Source: an uncultured Planctomycetia bacterium (lineage in GTDB: Bacteria; Omnitrophota; Gorgyraeia; VGKH01; JBHPFN01). Taken from it: 64,000 nucleotides of DNA. This document shows, one piece after another, positions 28,478 to 37,349 of the stretch. Numbering within the stretch: position 1 is the first letter of the stretch; every line of letters starts with the position of its first letter. The position numbers and the translations under genes are program-made. The notes beneath the pieces are model-generated. The model searched no databases and was not told the origin of the DNA. It saw only the letters and a list, made by a program, of their open reading frames with translations. The DNA lies in the NCBI GenBank assembly GCA_964406665.1, contig CAYOSQ010000008.1, forward strand, positions 3,933 through 67,932, in the 5' to 3' direction.

Positions 28478-29203
28478 TTGATGAATTTATTCTTATTTGT
28501 ATTTATTATTGTTGTTTCTTTTATCGCTGTTAGAATAGGCGCGATAGCTTTCCAGCTTACTGGTCTTGAGTGGTCATTAGCTAAATTTCAATCACTTTCT
28601 TGTTTTACCGGTACAGGATTTACTACAAGAGAAGCTGAGCTTGTAACTGGGCATCCTCAAAGACGGCGCATTGCTACCGTTTTAATTGTTCTAGGTCATG
28701 CAGGTTTCGTTACTTTGATTGCAACTTTTGTAAATTCCCTAAGGCCTGATGCTGTGATTTCTATATTTTCCCCTGCGTATTTACGTTCTGCTATACCAGT
28801 AAATTTAGTTCCTTTTGTAAATCTTTTAATAATGTTAATAATTATTTATGTATTCTATAAAATTTTCGCAAGTGTAAAAATAGGCGATAGAATAACTGAT
28901 TTTTTAAGAACGAGCATGGTAAAAAGAGAGCTGGTTAAGCGCGTGACCTTTGAAGAGCTTATTATCGCAACAGGCGGATATGGTGTTTCACAAATTGAAA
29001 TTTGTCAGGATAGCCCTGTTTTAAATAAATCTCTTATAGAATCTAATCTAAGGGCTCACGACATTACTGTTCTTGCTATAGAAAGAGAACATTTGGTAAT
29101 GCCTAATCCTGCAGCAAATACTCAGATACTTTTAGGGGATAAAGTTATTTGTTTTGGAAAATTAGAAAATATCAGGAAAGAGCTTTGCGTGGTTCCAGAA
29201 TGA
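28478..29203 (+). CDS. membrane protein with C-terminal TrkA-C (RCK_C)-like domain, putative ion-channel/transporter regulatory subunit
   Basis: Three TM segments with a TGTGFTT pore-like loop. C-terminal ~70 aa (ICQDSPVLNKSLIESNLRAHDITVLAIERE...GDKVICFG) matches the TrkA-C pattern. Confidence 0.45.
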   Translation: MMNLFLFVFIIVVSFIAVRIGAIAFQLTGLEWSLAKFQSLSCFTGTGFTTREAELVTGHPQRRRIATVLIVLGHAGFVTLIATFVNSLRPDAVISIFSPAYLRSAIPVNLVPFVNLLIMLIIIYVFYKIFASVKIGDRITDFLRTSMVKRELVKRVTFEELIIATGGYGVSQIEICQDSPVLNKSLIESNLRAHDITVLAIEREHLVMPNPAANTQILLGDKVICFGKLENIRKELCVVPE

Positions 29204-29232
29204 TATTTGTTAATTATTAAGAAAGGAAAGAG

Positions 29233-29709
29233 ATGAGCTCCCAGGATACTTATTTGACAAGAGAAGGTTATCAGAAATTAATGAAAGAGCTTGAATATTT
29301 AAAAACCGAAAAACGCAGAAAGCTTGCTAAAGCAATTGGAGTGGCCAGAGATCATGGAGACATAAGCGAGAATGCAGAATATGATGCTGCCAAAGAAGCT
29401 CAGGCATTAAACGAAGAAAGAATTTCACAGTTAGAACTTAAGTTAAGTAGGACGCGAATACTTGATGATGAAAATATAGCAAAAGATAAGGTTTTAATTG
29501 GGGCTAAGGTAATGCTTAAAGATTTAGATACAGAAGAAGAGTTTGGGTATACTTTGGTATCCGAATTGGAAGCAGATTATGATCAAGGAAAAATTTCTGT
29601 TGGTTCACCAATAGGCAAAGGACTTTTGGGGAAAAAAGAAGGAGAGACGGCTGAAATAATTATTCCTGCCGGAACTTTAAAATATAAAATATTAAAAATC
29701 TCTAGGTAA
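29233..29709 (+). CDS. greA: transcription elongation factor GreA
   Basis: N-terminal coiled-coil YLTREGYQKLMKELEYL with acidic DxxENAEYxxAK finger. C-terminal FKBP-like domain. Confidence 0.9.
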   Translation: MSSQDTYLTREGYQKLMKELEYLKTEKRRKLAKAIGVARDHGDISENAEYDAAKEAQALNEERISQLELKLSRTRILDDENIAKDKVLIGAKVMLKDLDTEEEFGYTLVSELEADYDQGKISVGSPIGKGLLGKKEGETAEIIIPAGTLKYKILKISR

Positions 29710-29734
29710 GCTTTGTTGAAAAAGGGGGTATTAA

Positions 29735-30556
29735 TTGGACGGTCTTTTTTTGAGCCCAGTTGAAATTTCGAGAACTTTAAGCAAAATTGGTGTTAAGAAG
29801 GCAAGGGCAACTATCCTTGAACTTTTGGTTTTTGGAGTATTGGCTGGAATTTATGTAGCTTTTGGTGCTAATGTTTCAATAGCTGTTTTAAGCGGAGGTA
29901 CGCTTGATCCTGGAGTGGCCAGATTTTTAGCCGGAAGTGTTTTTAGTGTTGGTCTTATGCTTGTACTTATTCCTGGCTCAGAGCTTTTTACCGGCAACAT
30001 TCTAATGACCATAGGTTTTATCTATAAGAGGTATTCATTTCTTAAAATCCTGCGTAATTGGTTATTCGTTTACTTTGGAAATCTGTTAGGTGCTCTTATT
30101 ATAGCTTGGTTGTTATATAATTCCGGACTGCTGGTGCGTTCAGGAGAGATTACTTCGATGGGTATTGTTGCTGCTAAAATAGCTGATGCAAAAATGCAGC
30201 TAGGTTTTGTTGAAGCTTTGTCTAGGGGGATTTTATGTAACATGCTTGTTTGTCTTGCTGTAATAATGGCGATTGCTTCGCGTTCTGTAGTAGGTAAGAT
30301 TTTTGGAATTTATTTTCCTATTATGGCTTTTGTAGCTTCGGGTTATGAACACTCGGTAGCAAATATGTTCTTTTTACCCATGGGGCTTTTAGTAAGGGGT
30401 GAATTTTTATCTCAGTTTTTCTCAATATTTAATAATCTAATACCTGTTACTATAGGAAACATCATAGGAGGATTATTGATTGTTTTACTCCATCCTAAAA
30501 TTGAAGAAAAAATCGCCAGCTTGCTTATGAGAAAAAAGAAAAATGAAAATAAATAA
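29735..30556 (+). CDS. formate/nitrite transporter (FNT) family channel, FocA-like
   Basis: 273 aa, 6 TM helices, FNT signature loops (GSELFTGN, SGYEHSVANMF). Formate role inferred from the presence of PFL elsewhere in the window. Confidence 0.8.
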   Translation: MDGLFLSPVEISRTLSKIGVKKARATILELLVFGVLAGIYVAFGANVSIAVLSGGTLDPGVARFLAGSVFSVGLMLVLIPGSELFTGNILMTIGFIYKRYSFLKILRNWLFVYFGNLLGALIIAWLLYNSGLLVRSGEITSMGIVAAKIADAKMQLGFVEALSRGILCNMLVCLAVIMAIASRSVVGKIFGIYFPIMAFVASGYEHSVANMFFLPMGLLVRGEFLSQFFSIFNNLIPVTIGNIIGGLLIVLLHPKIEEKIASLLMRKKKNENK

Positions 30557-31760
30557 ACCAGAACTAGTGGCTCCGTCAGGAAATTGGTCGTCGTTGATTA
30601 CTGCTGTAGAAAACGGCGCCGACAGCGTGTATTTCGGCGTTAAGGGTCTTAATATGCGAAACAACGCGGAAAATTTTGATATCTTAGAGCTAAAAAAGAT
30701 AATGAATTTTCTACACTCGTATGAGAAAAAAGGCTACCTTGCTTTAAATACAATTATTATGAATAAGGAGTTAACTAAAGCTGAGAAGCTCCTTAGAGAG
30801 GCAAAAAAAGCAAAGGTTGATGCAGTAATAGTTTGGGATATGGCGGCTCTTTCTTTGGCTAAAAAAATAGGTCTGCGTGTCCATCTTTCTACTCAAGCTA
30901 GCGTTTCCAATGTTAAGGCATTGTCTTTTTTTGCTAGTCTAGGTGTAAAAAGAGCTGTGCTCGCTAGAGAGTGTACTCTTGAGGATATAAGTTCAATAAA
31001 AAAATCATTAAGTAAGCTTAAAGCTCGTTGTGAAATAGAAGCCTTTATCCACGGAGCAATGTGTGTAAGCATTTCCGGGAGATGTTTTCTGTCTCATTAT
31101 TCTTTTGGAAAGTCGGCAAATCGCGGCGAATGTCTGCAGCCTTGTAGGAGAGAATATTATATTTCAGATAGAGATAAAGAGTTAGATTACGTGCTTGGCA
31201 ACGATTATGTTTTAAGTCCGAAAGATTTATGCGCAATCGATTTTATTGAAGATTTAATAAAAGCAGGAATAAATGCTTTTAAAATAGAAGGCAGGATGCG
31301 TTCTGAGGAATATATAAAGATAACTACTTCGGTTTATAGACAGGCGATAGATGCTTTTTTCAGTGCAAAACTAAATGCTTCATTAAGGAAATCTTTGAAG
31401 CAGCAACTTAAAACAGTATACAATCGTGGATTTTCTACAGGGTTTTATTTTGGTAAACCAGTTGATTCTATCAGTAGAAACTTAGAGCATCTCTACGAGA
31501 AGATTTTTATTGGAGAGGTAAAAAAGTTTTTTAATAAAATTAAAGTTGCTGAAATTAAATTGAGAAATGAATCGCTAAGCAGTGGTAATCAGATATTAAT
31601 CATTGGAAAAAACACGCCAGCTAATATTACAGTAGTTAAAGAATTGCAGCTAAATCATAAGCCTGTAAAAAGTGTGAAAAAAGGCGATGCAGTTGGTGTA
31701 AAACTCCCTTTTGTTGTTAAGGCAAAAGATAAAGTTTTTTTATGGAGAAAAAAGAAATAA
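30543..31760 (+). CDS. peptidase U32 family protein (collagenase-like / RlhA-YhbU type)
   Basis: KPELVAPSGN start and the conserved U32 block IEAFIHGAMCVSISGRCFLS with Cys-rich segment. Confidence 0.8.
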   Translation: MKINKPELVAPSGNWSSLITAVENGADSVYFGVKGLNMRNNAENFDILELKKIMNFLHSYEKKGYLALNTIIMNKELTKAEKLLREAKKAKVDAVIVWDMAALSLAKKIGLRVHLSTQASVSNVKALSFFASLGVKRAVLARECTLEDISSIKKSLSKLKARCEIEAFIHGAMCVSISGRCFLSHYSFGKSANRGECLQPCRREYYISDRDKELDYVLGNDYVLSPKDLCAIDFIEDLIKAGINAFKIEGRMRSEEYIKITTSVYRQAIDAFFSAKLNASLRKSLKQQLKTVYNRGFSTGFYFGKPVDSISRNLEHLYEKIFIGEVKKFFNKIKVAEIKLRNESLSSGNQILIIGKNTPANITVVKELQLNHKPVKSVKKGDAVGVKLPFVVKAKDKVFLWRKKK

Positions 31761-31761
31761 C

Positions 31762-32550
31762 ATGAAGAAGATAACTTTATTTCTTTTATTAATTTTGTCG
31801 TTTGGTCAGCAAAGTTTATTTGCTCAAGAACCCCTTGTTAAAGTAACCTATGAGTGTTTTGATTTAAAGGGTAACAAACGTTGGAATGCTACAGTGCAGC
31901 TTGAAAAATCAACTGGTAAAAACAAAATTTCCCGTTTAGTCGAGAGAGGAGCTGGAAGATACGGAGATTTTGAATATGAGATAGACTGGACTGCGATTTT
32001 AGAATTTAGAAGCACTGAAGATTCACTTGTGCCTCTTCTGGGATACCGAAATTTCTATGATAAGCAGGGAGAATTAATTGCCAGAGAAGAGCAGAGGTAT
32101 GATCATAAAGAAAATAAAGTCTTTTTCAGTAAAAAGGACTTAATCAAAAATACTAAGATAGAGAAAGAGTTTAGGTTTAAGGGTGATATTGTAGATAGAA
32201 TGCTCATTGAGTTTTATATTCAAAAATTTCTTAAAAACGGAGAAACCAGAAGAAGAGTTAATATGCTGACCACTGCACCGCAGCTTTACAATTTGACCAT
32301 AAGAACAGTTGGTGAAACTAATGTTGAATATAATGGAAAAGAAGTAAAAGCTCTTAAATTGTGTCTGGATCCTAATCTTGGAATTCTGAATTTTATAAAG
32401 ATAATTTTGCCAAAAGCATATACATGGCATGCAGCAGAGAAAAATTTTGAGTGGATAAAATATATTGGATTAGAAAGCAGCTCTTCTTCACCAAAAGTAG
32501 AGATAAAAATGGTAGAAACTATTATTCAAGAGGGGGAATGGCAATTATGA
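31762..32550 (+). CDS. secreted hypothetical protein
   Basis: Start moved to the internal ATG (MKKITLFLLLILSFGQQSLFAQE signal peptide) with RBS ggag 9 nt upstream. The track ORF 31711 start overlaps the preceding gene. Confidence 0.45.
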   Translation: MKKITLFLLLILSFGQQSLFAQEPLVKVTYECFDLKGNKRWNATVQLEKSTGKNKISRLVERGAGRYGDFEYEIDWTAILEFRSTEDSLVPLLGYRNFYDKQGELIAREEQRYDHKENKVFFSKKDLIKNTKIEKEFRFKGDIVDRMLIEFYIQKFLKNGETRRRVNMLTTAPQLYNLTIRTVGETNVEYNGKEVKALKLCLDPNLGILNFIKIILPKAYTWHAAEKNFEWIKYIGLESSSSSPKVEIKMVETIIQEGEWQL

Positions 32551-33329
32551 AGACATTAATATTTTATTTTTCTGCAACAGGAAATTCTTTAAAAGTAGCC
32601 CGCGATCTCGCAAATAAACTCGAAGATGCTCAAATTATTTCTATATCTCAAGCTATTTCTGATGATTGTATTTATCCTGATGCACAGTGTATCGGAATAG
32701 TTTATCCGGTTTATATGTGGGGGATGCCTTTGCTTGTTGCTGATTTTATCGAGAGGCTTAACACTAATAAGGGTGCCTATATTTTTTCGATTGCTACTTT
32801 TGGCGGGATGTCGGGAAGTGCTTTGAAGTATACCGGGAAAAAGCTATCGCTTAAAGGTATGGAGTTATCTGCCGGTTTTCTGGTGCAGATGCCCGGTAAC
32901 TATACGCCTCTCTATGGGGCAATTCCCGAAGAGAAACAAAAAGAGATGTTCAAAAAAGCCGAAGAAAAGATTAAGCTTATCGCAGAAATTGTTAAAGAAA
33001 AAAAGAAGTCTCAAATAGAAGCGAGCTTCTTTATGGCCAATTGGATTTTTTCAAGCACACTGTATAAAATATTTGCTCCCAAGATTCCCATGATGGATGT
33101 TTCTTTTTGGATAGATGAAAAGTGTAATAGTTGTGGAATTTGTGCCAAGGTTTGCCCCGTTGGCAATATTGAAATAGTAGATGGTAAACCTGTGTGGCTC
33201 CATAAATGTGAACAATGTCTTGCTTGTCTTCAATGGTGTCCGCAGGAAGCAATTCAGTTTAAGAAAAGTACGGTCGGGCGTAAGCGCTATTGTCATCCGG
33301 AAGCAAAGGTAGAAGATTTCATGCTTTAA
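32547..33329 (+). CDS. flavodoxin-like domain fused to a 2x[4Fe-4S] ferredoxin domain
   Basis: Start moved to MKTLIFYFSATGNS (flavodoxin FMN-loop), coupled ATGA with the upstream stop. CNSCGICAKVCP and CEQCLACLQWCP cluster motifs. Confidence 0.7.
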   Translation: MKTLIFYFSATGNSLKVARDLANKLEDAQIISISQAISDDCIYPDAQCIGIVYPVYMWGMPLLVADFIERLNTNKGAYIFSIATFGGMSGSALKYTGKKLSLKGMELSAGFLVQMPGNYTPLYGAIPEEKQKEMFKKAEEKIKLIAEIVKEKKKSQIEASFFMANWIFSSTLYKIFAPKIPMMDVSFWIDEKCNSCGICAKVCPVGNIEIVDGKPVWLHKCEQCLACLQWCPQEAIQFKKSTVGRKRYCHPEAKVEDFML

Positions 33330-33364
33330 GGAAAATAATTCATAAGTAAAAGCGAGGTGGAAAA

Positions 33365-33772
33365 ATGAAAGCCGTATTAGGAAAACATTTAATTGTTACC
33401 GTTGATAATAAAGTCGGAACTTTAGCACAGGTAACTAGTGCTATTTCGTCTTCGGGTATTAATTTAGTCGCAATTTGTGCTTATGCCGTTGACAATACTG
33501 GCATTATTATGTTTGTTTCTGAAGATAATGTAAAGGCACAGAAATTATTAAAGGCAAAAGAATATAATGTTCGCAGTGAAGAAGCAATATTGCTTTCTAT
33601 TGACAATAAGCCGGGAGTCTTGCAGTCTATAACAGAAAAGATAGCTGAATCAGGGGTTGACCTAACACTTATTTATGGAAGTGTTGAGAAAAAAGAAAAG
33701 ACAAGTAGCATTGTTATGATTTCAGAAAATAATAAAACTGCTTTGAAGATAATAAATGCGTTTATGCAATAA
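33365..33772 (+). CDS. tandem ACT-domain protein
   Basis: Two bab-fold ligand-binding repeats (LIVTVDNKVGTLAQVTSAISSSGINL and LLSIDNKPGVLQSITEKIAESGVDL). Confidence 0.6.
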   Translation: MKAVLGKHLIVTVDNKVGTLAQVTSAISSSGINLVAICAYAVDNTGIIMFVSEDNVKAQKLLKAKEYNVRSEEAILLSIDNKPGVLQSITEKIAESGVDLTLIYGSVEKKEKTSSIVMISENNKTALKIINAFMQ

Positions 33773-33788
33773 TTAACTTGCAGGATCA

Positions 33789-34718
33789 ATGGAGAAGAAA
33801 CTACTCGGTTTAATTAATAGTATTAAAAAAGAGTCAAGGCTGCCTGAGCTCTACAATGCAGCGCTGAAATCTCTATATCTTAATCATGAATACGAGTATC
33901 AAGTTTTTCCGGTTAAGCCTGAAAGGTTTGATGCTTTTTTCTCGAAGCTAGATTCAAAAGGTATCTACGGTTTTAATATTAGCATTGAGCATCAGGATAA
34001 AATTTCAGCTATGGTTCAGTTAGATGAAGCAGCCGATTACTTAAATAATCTAAAATTAGTAGATACAGTAGTGAAGAAATATGGAAAATGGAAAGGGCAT
34101 AATGTTTCTGTAGATGCTTTTATAGATGATTTAAAAGATCATTTTGATCCACATGATAAAAGATGCATTGTTATTGGTGCTGGTTATTGGGGAAAGGTTG
34201 TTACTTGTGCCCTTGCCCAAGAGGGTGCCAAACAGATCTGCATATATGATAAAGATGAAAAGCAATTGGATGCATTGGTTTCTCTGATAAGAGTAGTTTT
34301 CTCTGATATTGAGATTCTTCCCATTGCATCTTTCGAAGATATTGATATGGGTGGTAAAGAATTGATAGTCAATACAACTTCATTGGGCAAGAAGTTAACT
34401 GATCCCCTTCCGATTAAAGAGAAATATATCAATAATACGATGTTTATATATGACATTATTTGGGAACCGGGAGAGACAAGGTTACTGCATAGTGCAAAAT
34501 TGGGAGGTTTGGCTACCAGTAATGGTTTGGGTATGTTTTTGCGACAGATAGTTTTTTCTCTTGAGATTTTTGTAGGAAAAACAGCATCTGTGGATATTTT
34601 GCGCAGTGTTTTATCGGGTGAGAGCGAAAAGAAGAAGAAAACTGTTCTTATGGTCTTATGTGGTATTGTTTTTTGGTTGATTGTTTACATAATATTTTAT
34701 TTCTCTTTACGTCTTTAA
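33789..34718 (+). CDS. shikimate/quinate dehydrogenase-like protein with degenerate catalytic motif and C-terminal TM helix
   Basis: Rossmann VIGAGYWGKV. The N-domain aligns to AroE, but the NVTxPxK catalytic Lys block reads NISIEHQ. C-terminal hydrophobic VLMVLCGIVFWLIVYIIFYF. Confidence 0.5.
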   Translation: MEKKLLGLINSIKKESRLPELYNAALKSLYLNHEYEYQVFPVKPERFDAFFSKLDSKGIYGFNISIEHQDKISAMVQLDEAADYLNNLKLVDTVVKKYGKWKGHNVSVDAFIDDLKDHFDPHDKRCIVIGAGYWGKVVTCALAQEGAKQICIYDKDEKQLDALVSLIRVVFSDIEILPIASFEDIDMGGKELIVNTTSLGKKLTDPLPIKEKYINNTMFIYDIIWEPGETRLLHSAKLGGLATSNGLGMFLRQIVFSLEIFVGKTASVDILRSVLSGESEKKKKTVLMVLCGIVFWLIVYIIFYFSLRL

Positions 34719-34765
34719 TTAAGAAAAAACTGTTAAAAAGAGTATTTTTGTTAAGGAATCAAATA

Positions 34766-34797
34766 TTGTCATTTTCCGTAATCTATGTTATTATAAT
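34766..34797 (+). promoter_or_regulatory. sigma-70-like promoter (ttgtca-17-tattat/tataat) for the MscS operon
   Basis: ttgtca at 34766-34771, 17-nt spacer, tattat at 34789-34794 overlapping tataat at 34792-34797. Confidence 0.4.
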
Positions 34798-34821
34798 AAC
34801 TTACTTTCGTGCTTAAAAAAT

Positions 34822-34829
34822 GGGGGGGG
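34822..34829 (+). repeat. G8 homopolymer in the RBS position of the MscS-family gene
   Basis: tggggggggt lies 6 nt upstream of the ATG at 34836. It is the longest G-run seen in an otherwise AT-rich window. Confidence 0.6.
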
Positions 34830-34835
34830 TATTGA

Positions 34836-35909
34836 ATGCAAGATTTGACTATTTTAGGAATAAAAGTAGCAGCTTGGATTTACGCACCAGCTGTTTATTT
34901 AGTTTGGGTTAGCTTCTTTCTTTTTTTAAAAAAGATAGTATTCTGGAGAATCGAAAAATTTGCTGCAAAAACATCTTCTAAATTAGATGATATTATCTTA
35001 AGTGCTCTAAATCTTCCGCTTGTTATGCTGATTTTTGTAAGCGGTGCTGTTATCTTGGAGAAGATTTCTCCGATTAGTAAAGAGGCAGAGCTTACTACAT
35101 ATTTTATCGTTGCTCTTAAAGCTACCACCATTATTGCGGTTGTGATGTTTTTTGACCGCCTGCTTAAGAATTTAATTCAAACATATAGCCATAAGGTTGA
35201 TATACTTCAAACTTCTAAGGGTGTTGCTCAGGGAGTTGTTAGGGCAGTTGTTATCGGTTTAGGGTTGTTGATCCTAATGGATAGTTTTGGGGTTTCAATT
35301 ACTCCTGTGCTTGCTTCTTTAGGTATTGGTTCTCTGGCAGTTGCCTTAGCGCTTCAGCCGACTTTGGAAAACTTCTTTTCTGGGATTCAGATAGTAATAG
35401 ATAAACCTATACGCGTAGGCCAGTTTATTAAACTTGATTCCGGGGAAGAGGGGTATGTTCATAAGATAGGATGGCGTTCTACTTGGGTGAGACAGCTTCC
35501 AAATAACATGGTGGTAATTCCTAATAAGGTTTTAGTTAATTCTAAAATACTTAATTATTATTATCCCGAGGAAGAAATGGCTGTTTTGGTTCAAGTTGGC
35601 GTTCATTACGAATCTGATTTGAAAAAAGTGGAACAAGTTACTATTGATGTTGGTAAAGAGATTATGAACACTACCGGTGGATGTCCTGATTTTGTACCAT
35701 TCATCAGATACCACACTTTTAATGATTTCAGCATAGACTTTACTGTTATATTGCGCTGTAAAGAGTTCGTTGATAATTATCTTATTAAGCACGAATTCAT
35801 AAAGAAATTACATGAACGTTATGCTAAAGAGGGAATTAATATTCCTTATCCTATCAGGGCAATAAATTATTCTCAAGAAAAAGCATTTGAAGAAAAAGGA
35901 AAGAAATAG
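34836..35909 (+). CDS. mechanosensitive channel, MscS family
   Basis: Three TM helices followed by the conserved MscS beta-domain (GVSITPVLASLGIGSLAVALALQPTLENFFSGIQIV...PIRVGQFI). Confidence 0.85.
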   Translation: MQDLTILGIKVAAWIYAPAVYLVWVSFFLFLKKIVFWRIEKFAAKTSSKLDDIILSALNLPLVMLIFVSGAVILEKISPISKEAELTTYFIVALKATTIIAVVMFFDRLLKNLIQTYSHKVDILQTSKGVAQGVVRAVVIGLGLLILMDSFGVSITPVLASLGIGSLAVALALQPTLENFFSGIQIVIDKPIRVGQFIKLDSGEEGYVHKIGWRSTWVRQLPNNMVVIPNKVLVNSKILNYYYPEEEMAVLVQVGVHYESDLKKVEQVTIDVGKEIMNTTGGCPDFVPFIRYHTFNDFSIDFTVILRCKEFVDNYLIKHEFIKKLHERYAKEGINIPYPIRAINYSQEKAFEEKGKK

Positions 35910-36665
35910 ATGGATTCGTTGACGATCACTATAATTTTCATTGCTGTTTCTACTCTCGTGGGTGCTTTTATAAAGGGAAGAATCCGCGATAAATGTCTTT
36001 TGGATTTTAACGCAGAGCCGGTAAATTTAGAACTTAAAGACGGTAAAGTGATTTGGGGGATTTTGCGTATCGAGGCAACTGGTTTAGAGCTCGTATATAA
36101 AGAATCTTATTTAGATAAAGCAGATAATCACATTGAAAATAGCTTTTTGCTTTATAAGCACGAATATTCCACGATTGAGTGTATTGCGCGCTTTGTCGAA
36201 GATTTAAATGAATCACAGGCAAAAAAGCGAGAGGGTGCATTAAAGAAACTTCATAGCCAAAGAGGTGTCAGGCGTTTAGGTAGAAGATTCAGAAACTTTT
36301 TTGCTACTGTCAGAGATTCTGTCATGGAGGTAGCTAATTTATTAATGGGTAGAGTACGGCAGGCTGGTTCTGTTGGAAAAGTTATGGAAGGAAGAGATAA
36401 ATATGTTAATAAAATGAAAGAAGGAGTTTTCTCTTCGTTGAATACTTCTTTCGAACCTCTTTTAGAGAAACATCTAGGTAAGAAAATAATCTTAGAAATT
36501 GCTAAGGAAGGAAAAATTGTCGAATATTCCGGTGTTTTACGAAGATATACTGCAGAATTTATTGAAGTAATGGACGTTGAATATGATATGGCTGATAAAG
36601 GAAAACGTAAGACAGATATTGTTGTTCCTCGTTCTGTCGGCATTATTCGTCATCTTAGCGGGTAA
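35910..36665 (+). CDS. hypothetical protein with N-terminal TM anchor, translationally coupled to the MscS gene
   Basis: The ATG immediately follows the MscS stop (tagATG). A single N-terminal helix, then a basic/charged soluble region. No recognisable motif. Confidence 0.4.
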   Translation: MDSLTITIIFIAVSTLVGAFIKGRIRDKCLLDFNAEPVNLELKDGKVIWGILRIEATGLELVYKESYLDKADNHIENSFLLYKHEYSTIECIARFVEDLNESQAKKREGALKKLHSQRGVRRLGRRFRNFFATVRDSVMEVANLLMGRVRQAGSVGKVMEGRDKYVNKMKEGVFSSLNTSFEPLLEKHLGKKIILEIAKEGKIVEYSGVLRRYTAEFIEVMDVEYDMADKGKRKTDIVVPRSVGIIRHLSG

Positions 36666-36680
36666 AACAAAAAGAAGAAA

Positions 36681-37349
36681 ATGGTATTTTTTAGAGCTGC
36701 GATATTCGATTTAGATGGTGTGGTTGTTAACATTGTGCCTTTGCATTTTAAGGCCTGGAAGAAAATGTTTGATGAATATGAAACTGATTTTGATTTTTTT
36801 GCCTACAAGCAAAAAGTAGACGGTATTTCCAGGCTAGACGGTGCTCGAGCAATATTATCCGATGTATCCAAAAGTGAGCTAGATAGAGCTGCAGCCCGCA
36901 AGCAGGGATATTATCTGGATTTTGTTGAAAAAGAAGGTGTAAAAGTATATCAAAGCACCGTTGATCTCATAAAGGCTTTAAGAAAAAAACAAGTCAAAAT
37001 CGGCGTTATTTCAGCAAGTAAAAGCTGTCATCTTATTCTTGAGAAAGCCAATTTACTCAAATTTGTAGATGTTGAAGTAAATGGTAATGATATAACTAGA
37101 AGTAAGCCAGACCCACAAATTTTTCTCATGGCACTTGAGAAGCTTGATGTGTGTTGTGATGAGAGTATTATTTTTGAAGATGCATCTTTAGGTGTTGAGG
37201 CGGCAAAAAAGGCAGAAGTTGTAACCGTTGGTGTAAATAGACACAGGGATTCTAGGCGTCTTAAGAAAGCAGATTTAGTGGTTAAAGATCTATCTGAAGT
37301 CAATTATTCTAAATTGAAAGAATTGCTAAAAAAGAAAGAAGAGAAATGA
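36681..37349 (+). CDS. pgmB: HAD-superfamily beta-phosphoglucomutase
   Basis: DxDG nucleophile motif (IFDLDGVVVN). HAD motifs II-IV. Directly upstream of a GH65 phosphorylase. Confidence 0.75.
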   Translation: MVFFRAAIFDLDGVVVNIVPLHFKAWKKMFDEYETDFDFFAYKQKVDGISRLDGARAILSDVSKSELDRAAARKQGYYLDFVEKEGVKVYQSTVDLIKALRKKQVKIGVISASKSCHLILEKANLLKFVDVEVNGNDITRSKPDPQIFLMALEKLDVCCDESIIFEDASLGVEAAKKAEVVTVGVNRHRDSRRLKKADLVVKDLSEVNYSKLKELLKKKEEK

